Source of the DNA: Archangium sp.
GTDB taxonomy: Bacteria > Myxococcota > Myxococcia > Myxococcales > Myxococcaceae
Length of the DNA: 23,094 nucleotides
Direction of reading: 5' to 3'
NCBI GenBank assembly: GCA_031367385.1
Contig: JANLPS010000022.1
Coordinates: 1 to 23,094, forward strand
The translations under genes and the position numbers were made by a program. The notes under the pieces were generated by a model, which made no database searches, was not told the origin of the DNA, and saw only the letters and a program-made list of their open reading frames with translations. Of the stretch, positions 17,401-23,094 are shown piece after piece (within the stretch, counting starts at the first letter, position 1; every line of letters starts with the position of its first letter).

Positions 17401-19754
17401 GACCGTCTGGCCTGCTGTGGCGCAAAGAGACCCTCGCTGAATACCGCGTCTGGCGCTCCCGTTTTCCCGGGCGGCTGACCCGGCTCGAGCTGGAGTTCGC
17501 CCAGGCCTCACTCAAAGACGAGTCGAAGCTGCGAACCTTGCGCAGAGCGCTGGCGGCGGTGGCCTTTGCCGCGCTGACCGTGGGCCTGGCGGTCGTCTTT
17601 CGGGCCTACCAACACGCCGATGCCTCGGCCGCGGCCGCCAACCAGCGACTGCGCAACCTGTGGCAAGAGCAGGGGCGCTTGGCGATGGTGGGAGGCCGGC
17701 CGATTGACGCCTTCGCCTACTCGGTCGCCGCACAGAGCGCGGGGGCCAGCGGGCCTGAGCTTGAGCATGTCATCAGTGCCAGCGCGAGCGCGCTCACGGG
17801 TGCCCACGCCATCGCTGAGCCCCTGAGCAGCCGGGTGATGATGGTGCAGACTGACCGGCGGGGGCGGTGGGTAGCCGCGTCGACGAGCCGAGAAGTCGTG
17901 TTGCTCTCGCCTGATGATCTGAAGGTGATTCATCGGTTCGAGTTGCCCTGCCCTGACATTGCCCTCTCGCCCTCTGGCGACCGGTTGGCGATGGTCTGCA
18001 GCGATCGTCAGCTGCGAGTGGTCGAGCTGCCGAGCATGGCGATCACCGCCACTCCGATTTCGTTTCGCGGGCTGACCGTGCACTTCAGCCCTGACAGCGA
18101 GCGGTTGGTCGTCGGGCAAGGTGGCTCGCAGCTGACCGTTCGCGATGCGCTGGGGGCCGAGCTGTACCCGATCGTGACCAAAGAGCGTTCGCCCTTCATG
18201 CAGGGCGAGTTCATCTCAGAGACAGACGTGGTGGTCTACGCCGGTTCGTTCGACCCGGGCGTCGACAGCTTTCGCGTGCTCGAGCTCTACCGCGAAGGCC
18301 GTCTGCTCTGGAGGTTGCCTCGCAAAGACCCGGTGCGCTTCGTGCGAGTCTCGAAGACAAAACAAATGCTCTTCTTCGGAGAGATGAGTGGAACGATTGG
18401 GGCCGTCGACCTGGCAACAGGCAAGCTGCAGTGGGAGGCCGCGGCCCACCAGCGAGGCGCCACCGCGGCCTCACTCGATGCCGTCGAGCAACGGGTGGCG
18501 ACCGTCGGTGCCGACGGGGCCTTGAAGATTTGGCAGCTCGCGAGCGGCAAGCTCGATGCAGAGGTGAAGATCGAAGCGGGTGCCTTGCGCTGCGTCGACT
18601 GGGTCGATTCGGGCTCGGTGCTGACCGCGGGCACCGATGGCGTCGTTCGCCGGGTGATGGCCGCGAGCGGCATGGTGGCGTTCTCGCACTTCGGGCACTC
18701 CGGGCTGGTGAGCGCCTGCTCGATGCTCGGCGAGCGCGCGCTGACCGGCGATCAATCGGGTGGCATTTGGGAGTGGGACAGCGCGCACAAGCGCGGCGAG
18801 CCGGTCAAGACCTACCCCGAGAAAACCATCGTATGGGGCGTCGACGGCGTCACCGGGCCCTACGCCACCGTCTCTGACACCGCGCTCTCGCTGGTGCTCG
18901 CCGATGGCTCTGCGATGGCCGTCGACCCGGCCCTCAAGCCCGCGGAGATCAACGACCTGATGGCTGCGCCTGATCAGCGATGGGGGGTGGCGAGCATCGA
19001 AGATCAGCTCTTCGTGCTTCGACGCCGCGGGGATCTGTTCGCAGTCGAGAGCGCCTCGCCCTCGACCCACACCGATTCGATCGCGTTCGCTCCCGATTCG
19101 TCGAAGCTGGCCGTCACCGCTTCGGGGCTCATCACGGTGCTCGCGAGTGACGGTGGCGTGCCGTTTCACCTCAAGCAGGGCGATGACGTCGCGACCTCGA
19201 TTCTCTTCGACGGCGACACACTGTTCACCAGCGCGCTCTCAGGCGACGTGTATGTGTGGAGTCTCAGAGATGGAAAGCTGCTCGGCCGCCACACGCTGCA
19301 CGGGGGTGACTTTCAATTGGTGCGCTCGGTGGTGCCGGGGCACGTGCTCACCTTCGGCCGCGACCGCAAGGTCACCAGAACGAGCACGACGACCTGGCAG
19401 CCGACGACCGAGATTCACGACCTGCCCGGGGGCCCCGCGACCTTGACCGAGTCGCCCGACGGCTCGTTGCTCTTCGCGGTCTTTCAAGACGGGAGCGCGG
19501 TGACCTATTCGGCGCGAACGAACCAACGGCTCAGCCAGATTCAATTCGAAGACCGGGTACAGAGCGCCGTGCTTGCGAAGCGATTGGGCGTGTTGACCGC
19601 GATCGTGGTGACCGATGGGCGCGTCGAGTTGCAGCACCCGATTTTTCCCGAGGCGCTGTCGTCGATGCAGGTGCGCGAGCTGGCGCGCTGCCGAATACCG
19701 GTCGAGGTCAAAGACGAACAGCTGGTGCGGCACCCGCTGCCGTGCGCTCCGTGA
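14484..19754 (+). CDS. Ser/Thr kinase - nSTAND1-type NTPase - TM - WD40/beta-propeller protein
   Basis: Kinase motifs GAGGGGEV, HRDIKPAN, DLG and GTPHYMAPE. STAND motifs PYKGLSTF...YYGRERE, Walker A GPSGSGKS (16410), Walker B VVVIDQFEEL and HEALIVSWPRL. TM at ~17547-17600, then WD-like repeats (ATVGADGALKIWQL, LTGDQSGGIWEWD). Start at 14484 or 14439. Confidence 0.93.
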   Translation: MEGRTFGDFVLKQRLGAGGGGEVYLAEQTTLGREAVIKVMLRGERGADADQRFLREARLASQLDHPFAAHVYGFGAEADGVLWITMELVRGASLDAVVKSEGAMPLPRFVPFFERLCEVLHAAHEQGIVHRDIKPANVMVLTRSGRLLPKLLDLGIARRDSDPLENALTIDEAAVTGEGSPAETLSGTLASQLFDSENTHLTRVGALVGTPHYMAPEQWVDASSADLRADLYSLSLLAYQALTGKVPYPAKSLRHLARAHSTLPLPPMPDGVPPDVYTVLSKGAAKDPAQRYATALELGAALRAASGIGVEPFALPQLGDALRENLLSHAPQPIAEAVALLESARTPKQQLDAVMMVRRVALRYVATLALASRARVAPGSADDPTVVALLQKLGASSLDPGEWPRLAEALCRPFAARRATHPLPELVTFFFADEAAAPGLGALALTAFDAIEVRELDEVMLQAVLLKLVPALSALLKSLTFVLDYALIVAGDECERWVGARRLHRLVHHIPIPIAPLPAGAPFLVDPSGVPVLTLWPLMQVFSPGAGLPQELFFLDGAGRHGARLVASPGPFERQSDEVWPWFSQYLFDVTLAQEAVAKAERPPYKGLSTFTPDDADNYYGREREAESFSNRLRLTPLLAVVGPSGSGKSSFIIAGVLPLLPRAWRAIVMRPGATPFHALAAKLGCEVDALSVPKLVAMVAPGETVVVVIDQFEELITLCQDAQTREAFAELLVRLADSKGSRFRVVITLRDDFLIKAQQLRALRERLSSALQLLGTPASDDLLRVVTEPAARVGYGFDDATLPAKMVDEVAQYPGALALLSFAASQLWELRDRQLRQMRAKTYLALGGVGGALSRHAEQTLASMSVDEAGLVREAFRHLVTSQATRAVLTRKEMLDVLGGSPAAQSVLEKLVAARLLVTSEDPSGDDRVEIIHEALIVSWPRLDTWLREDAETARLRDSLRASAKQWAELGRPSGLLWRKETLAEYRVWRSRFPGRLTRLELEFAQASLKDESKLRTLRRALAAVAFAALTVGLAVVFRAYQHADASAAAANQRLRNLWQEQGRLAMVGGRPIDAFAYSVAAQSAGASGPELEHVISASASALTGAHAIAEPLSSRVMMVQTDRRGRWVAASTSREVVLLSPDDLKVIHRFELPCPDIALSPSGDRLAMVCSDRQLRVVELPSMAITATPISFRGLTVHFSPDSERLVVGQGGSQLTVRDALGAELYPIVTKERSPFMQGEFISETDVVVYAGSFDPGVDSFRVLELYREGRLLWRLPRKDPVRFVRVSKTKQMLFFGEMSGTIGAVDLATGKLQWEAAAHQRGATAASLDAVEQRVATVGADGALKIWQLASGKLDAEVKIEAGALRCVDWVDSGSVLTAGTDGVVRRVMAASGMVAFSHFGHSGLVSACSMLGERALTGDQSGGIWEWDSAHKRGEPVKTYPEKTIVWGVDGVTGPYATVSDTALSLVLADGSAMAVDPALKPAEINDLMAAPDQRWGVASIEDQLFVLRRRGDLFAVESASPSTHTDSIAFAPDSSKLAVTASGLITVLASDGGVPFHLKQGDDVATSILFDGDTLFTSALSGDVYVWSLRDGKLLGRHTLHGGDFQLVRSVVPGHVLTFGRDRKVTRTSTTTWQPTTEIHDLPGGPATLTESPDGSLLFAVFQDGSAVTYSARTNQRLSQIQFEDRVQSAVLAKRLGVLTAIVVTDGRVELQHPIFPEALSSMQVRELARCRIPVEVKDEQLVRHPLPCAP

Positions 19755-19832
19755 CGAGGAGAAAGCGCTCAGGTGGTCGGCGAAGTCGCACTCCGATTTG
19801 CCGAACCTGCCGTCGGGAAGCAAAGGCTCCGT

Positions 19833-19884
19833 TGTCGCCACCGACGCCGAGGTGATCCACTTCCACCGGCATCACCGAGATCCA
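19833..19884 (+). repeat. IS21 right terminal inverted repeat with 25-nt internal repeats
   Basis: TGTCGCCACCGACGCCGAGGTGATCCACTTCCACCGGCATCACCGAGATCCA. CACCG..GATCCA units start at 19839 and 19864. Confidence 0.85.
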
Positions 19885-20020
19885 GGGGACCACTCGGTGG
19901 CTCGCAGGCGGTTCTTCGCCCAAACCGTCAGCGCTGGCCACGCGCAGGGTCAATGCGCTCGGGGGTGAGCGGCGCGGGCGGGCTTCTCTCGCCGGTCGAG
20001 TTCGGTGCGCTGATGGCGCG

Positions 20021-20770
20021 TCAGCTTTCTGGGTTTCGGTAGCCCTTGCCGTCCATGATGAAGCGCTCAGAGCGCTCGGTCAGTCGCTCGGCGATGACCT
20101 GTGCGTTGAGTGCATCGGGAAACACCTTCGGCCAGTCCTTGAAGACCCGGTTGGTGGTGATGCAGGTCGACCGGCGATGGTCGTAGCGCTCGCTGATGAC
20201 CTGAAACGCGAGCTTGGCCTGTGACGCATCCATCGCAAGCACTGCGAAGTCGTCGATGCAAAGCAGGTCTGCCTTCACGTAGCGGCGTAAAGCGCGCTCA
20301 AGCCCACCGTGCACCTCGGCGCCGTGAAGCTCATTGAGCATGCGCGCAGCGCTGACGAAGACGACGCGATGGTTGGCCTGACAGACGCGCCAAGCGAGTG
20401 CGCGCGCGAGGTACGTCTTGCCCGTTCCGGGCGTGCCGATGAAGAGCGGGTTGATGCCGTTCTTGATGAAGGTCGCGTCGTGCAGCCCGAGGTAGCGCGC
20501 CTTGAGCTTCTTACGGACAGGGTCAAAGTCGAAGTTGAAGCCGTCGATGGTGTTGATTTCGGGGAAGCGAGCACCCTTCACCTTCGCTGCAATGGCGCTT
20601 CGCATACGACTGGATTTCTCTTCGTCGCAAAGCCGGCTCAGCACTTGCGTCGTGGTGAGATTTTCTGCAGCCGCTTTCGCGAGCAGCTCGCGAAGCGAGC
20701 GAGTCATGCCAGGCAAGCGCAGCCATTTGAGCTTCTCGAGCGTCAGCTCTATTTCATCTTCGTCTTTCAT
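20021..20770 (-). CDS. istB: IS21 helper AAA+ ATPase IstB
   Basis: LKWLRLPGM N-terminus, Walker A GTPGTGKT, Walker B LLCIDDF, ERY..RSTCITTN and GKGYR. ATGA overlap with istA. Confidence 0.96.
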   Translation of the reverse strand: MKDEDEIELTLEKLKWLRLPGMTRSLRELLAKAAAENLTTTQVLSRLCDEEKSSRMRSAIAAKVKGARFPEINTIDGFNFDFDPVRKKLKARYLGLHDATFIKNGINPLFIGTPGTGKTYLARALAWRVCQANHRVVFVSAARMLNELHGAEVHGGLERALRRYVKADLLCIDDFAVLAMDASQAKLAFQVISERYDHRRSTCITTNRVFKDWPKVFPDALNAQVIAERLTERSERFIMDGKGYRNPES

Positions 20771-22278
20771 GACTCGTCGCCCTCATCTGTTCTGTCGGTG
20801 GCGTCTCGCTTCGCATCGAGGTTGTCGTAGCGAGAGAGGTCAGGCTCGGGCAGTGACGCGTCGTCGAGGTCGGGCTTGCCGAGCTTCAGCGGCGGTGCCC
20901 GAGGAACGAGGCCTTTCTTCTGGCGCAGCACGTATTCGACGTAGTCGGCGCCGACGTGGCCAGAGCTCATGACCTCGGTCATCGCCTCGGCGGTCTCGGG
21001 GGCGCCGTAGACCTCAGCAAAGAAGACCAGTCGCACCGTTTCTCGAGTCAGCGACTTGGTTCCAGCGGCGGCGACCTTGAAGTAGCGCGCAGCCACGTCG
21101 CCCATTCGCAGCAAGATGGGTGGCAAACCATCGCGTGTGGCGCCCGGCTTGTACTCGAGCGCGGCCGCCCGGTGCGCAGGTAGCTCGAGGTCGACGCCTG
21201 CCAGCCATGAGCGACGGTGGGCGGCGACCTCTTTCGTCCCGAGCATCACGCGCACCCATTCGTCGTCGGCGCGCACCACCACCGACTGTGAGACGAGGCC
21301 GGGCGGGACTGAGTAGGTGTTCTTGTCGAAGCGCACCCGAAAGAGCTTCGTGACCGTCTGACCCTCGACATCGTCTGTGTTGAATGGGGTCGTTGGCAGC
21401 GGTCGCAGCGCGGCCTTCTCTTCGTGCTGGAAGACCAGGGCGGGCACCTTGCCCGTCACCTCGTGCACGCGATTGTTCGCGTAGTCGTCGCGCCACGCGA
21501 GTGCCTGGACGTTGAGGTCCATCAAGTCGCTGAAACGGCGGCCTGGCCAGAAGCGACTGCGCACGAAACCGATGGGGCGCTCGACACGACCCTTCTCGTT
21601 GCCGCGGCGTACATTGCACGCACGCACCGCGAAACCTCGGCTCGATGCGTACTCGATGAAGTTTCGATTGAAGGCGATGCCGTCGCTGTTGTGCTGCAGC
21701 ACCACCGTCTTCATGTTGTCGAAAATGTCGACGTGCGTGGTGCCGCCAAAGAAGTGAAGGCCGCGTTCCATGCAGCGCAGCAGGCTGCCCATCGACTGGC
21801 TCATTGTGAATTCGAGGTAGAGGTACCGCGAGTGGCACAGCGCCATCACGAAGGCGCTGACCTTTCTCGGTACGCCCGGCAGCGCGAAGCCGAAGTCGGC
21901 CCAGTCGACTTGGACCGCTTCACCGACCTTGAAGTCGAGCGTGAGGAAAGCTTCTTTCTCTCGGGGCCGCAGCCAACGCAGTCGCTCGCGCAAGATGCTG
22001 ACGCCGCCCTTGTACCCATCGGCACGCAGCTTCTCGAGCACCGCCGGGGCGCTCAGCTCAGGCGTCTCGACCATCAGCGTCTTCAGTTTGGTCTCGTACG
22101 GCGTGAGCAGTGACGTTCGAGGTGGCGCAGGTACGCGCGGCTTCGACACGCCTCTGCCCACCAGCCGGCGCACCGTGTTCCTCGACATGCCCAGCTTCTT
22201 GGCGATGACGCGAATCGCCAGGCCGTCGACCAGGTACAGCTTCAGCGCGTCGGCGACGCGCGGGTCACCGATTTCCAC
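20767..22278 (-). CDS. istA: IS21 DDE transposase IstA (503 aa)
   Basis: HTH IRVIAKKLGMSRNTVRR, GYKGGVSILR, DDE motifs QVDW / FDNMK / KGRVER, and FDKNTYSVP. GTG 22278 with a GAGGGG RBS. Confidence 0.95.
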   Translation of the reverse strand: MEIGDPRVADALKLYLVDGLAIRVIAKKLGMSRNTVRRLVGRGVSKPRVPAPPRTSLLTPYETKLKTLMVETPELSAPAVLEKLRADGYKGGVSILRERLRWLRPREKEAFLTLDFKVGEAVQVDWADFGFALPGVPRKVSAFVMALCHSRYLYLEFTMSQSMGSLLRCMERGLHFFGGTTHVDIFDNMKTVVLQHNSDGIAFNRNFIEYASSRGFAVRACNVRRGNEKGRVERPIGFVRSRFWPGRRFSDLMDLNVQALAWRDDYANNRVHEVTGKVPALVFQHEEKAALRPLPTTPFNTDDVEGQTVTKLFRVRFDKNTYSVPPGLVSQSVVVRADDEWVRVMLGTKEVAAHRRSWLAGVDLELPAHRAAALEYKPGATRDGLPPILLRMGDVAARYFKVAAAGTKSLTRETVRLVFFAEVYGAPETAEAMTEVMSSGHVGADYVEYVLRQKKGLVPRAPPLKLGKPDLDDASLPEPDLSRYDNLDAKRDATDRTDEGDES

Positions 22279-22817
22279 GGGCGCCCCCTCGCAGCGCGAA
22301 GCTGACCTCGTAGTCGCCCACTGTGTCGGCGAGCGCTTCGGTCCATGGCTCTGCCCAAGACCAATTCCCCTTCGCGTCCGCAGAAAGCGCAACGTGCAGC
22401 GGCTCTGGCCTCGCCCACAGAGACGTCACCCACAGCAAGCTCAACCGGCGCTGCGGCGAATCCTCGTTGACTCTGCCGCTGAGCGACATCATCACCCGCC
22501 CGTCGCTCGCCGGCGTCAGCACCAGCCTCATCCCTCGAATCGTCTTCATCGGGGCGGGCTTGTGCGCCCACAGTCAATTTCGTTGAAGGGTGATCCGCCA
22601 CCGGCCTCTGTTTCCGCATCTTTCGCGCGCGCTCGGCGTCACGGTGATCTGCTCGACCTTCTGCTGAATGCCGATGCCGCCACCGCGCAGCACGAATGCT
22701 CTCGTGCCGTCGTTGAACAGCGCAGCAACGGCAGTAGCGACGTGAGCGATTGCACGGCCCGCACGCCTCGAACGTCAGCCCACATCGCTCACAGTCACGA
22801 GACCAAATCTCCACCAC
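22242..22817 (-). CDS. Cys-rich putative Zn-finger, Arg-rich protein carried inside the IS upstream of istA
   Basis: CERC...CGPCNRSRRYCRCC, basic helix RHRHSAEGRADHRDAERAR and a C-terminal CAFCGR. Lies within the IRs and overlaps the istA start by 37 nt. Confidence 0.7.
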   Translation of the reverse strand: MVEIWSRDCERCGLTFEACGPCNRSRRYCRCCAVQRRHESIRAARWRHRHSAEGRADHRDAERARKMRKQRPVADHPSTKLTVGAQARPDEDDSRDEAGADAGERRAGDDVAQRQSQRGFAAAPVELAVGDVSVGEARAAARCAFCGREGELVLGRAMDRSARRHSGRLRGQLRAARGRPWKSVTRASPTR

Positions 22818-22869
22818 CGGCGCAGCCGAAAACTCGACAGCGGGCCCTGGTCAGCCTTTCTTCGCCACC

Positions 22870-22925
22870 GAGACGAAGCGGCTCCACCCGCTGGGCGATC
22901 TGGCCCCTAACCAGTCGCCCGTCTC
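22870..22925 (-). other. Predicted three-way-junction RNA/DNA structure in the IS leader
   Basis: On the plus strand GAGAC/GTCTC closes two hairpins: AGCGG/CCGCT and GGGCGA-T-CTGG/CCAG-TCGCCC. Confidence 0.45.
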
Positions 22926-23042
22926 ATTTGCACCAGCCGCCAGCCTCAGGCCGGCTCGGCCCCTCAGCTAATTTCCAACCCAGTAGCGGCCGCCTCCGCG
23001 AGCTTCGCTCGCTACGGCGGGTCGACCTCAGCGTTGATCAGG

Positions 23043-23094
23043 TGGGTCCCGGTGATGTCGGTGAGATCGGATCCCACAAGCCTCGGTGGTGACA
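23043..23094 (-). repeat. IS21 left terminal inverted repeat
   Basis: The reverse complement reads TGTCACCACCGAGGCTTGTGGGATCCGATCTCACCGACATCACCGGGACCCA, which aligns without gaps to the right end. Confidence 0.85.

Larger units (their letters stand above)
19833..23094 (-). mobile_element. IS21-family insertion sequence, 3262 bp, with an extra upstream Zn-finger ORF
   Basis: Contains the istA/istB pair. TG...CA terminal inverted repeats match at 38/52 nt (19833-19884 vs 23043-23094). Confidence 0.92.

Noticed and set aside
19755..19832. Remnant of a gene disrupted by the IS
   Set aside because: No frame gives a recognisable protein and the segment is too short to judge.

Overview
GC-rich, myxobacterium-like signalling region ending in an IS21-family element. 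In order: a degenerate ~74-nt tandem repeat, a hypothetical gene, a PhzF-family gene and an orphan GAF-GAF histidine kinase. Next is a translationally coupled minus-strand operon (Kelch-repeat lipoprotein, TPR-like membrane protein, Ser/Thr kinase-PEGA), then two convergent paralogous FHA-sigma54 enhancer-binding proteins. After these come an exported beta-barrel/thioredoxin/heavy-metal-binding-domain fusion, a small membrane protein and a large Ser/Thr kinase-nSTAND1-TM-WD40 protein. The 3.26-kb IS21 element (Zn-finger ORF, istA, istB) has its left end exactly at the window end. Main finding: the ORF track truncates the gene at 12629-13882. It most likely starts at GTG 12404 with a signal peptide and reads through an in-frame TGA (12485-12487) in a C-A-G-U (CxxU) motif. 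A bacterial SECIS-like hairpin with a GGUC loop lies 17 nt downstream. This makes it a candidate exported selenoprotein with an unusual OMP-thioredoxin-HMBD architecture. Family assignments come from motif recognition only; no searches were run.
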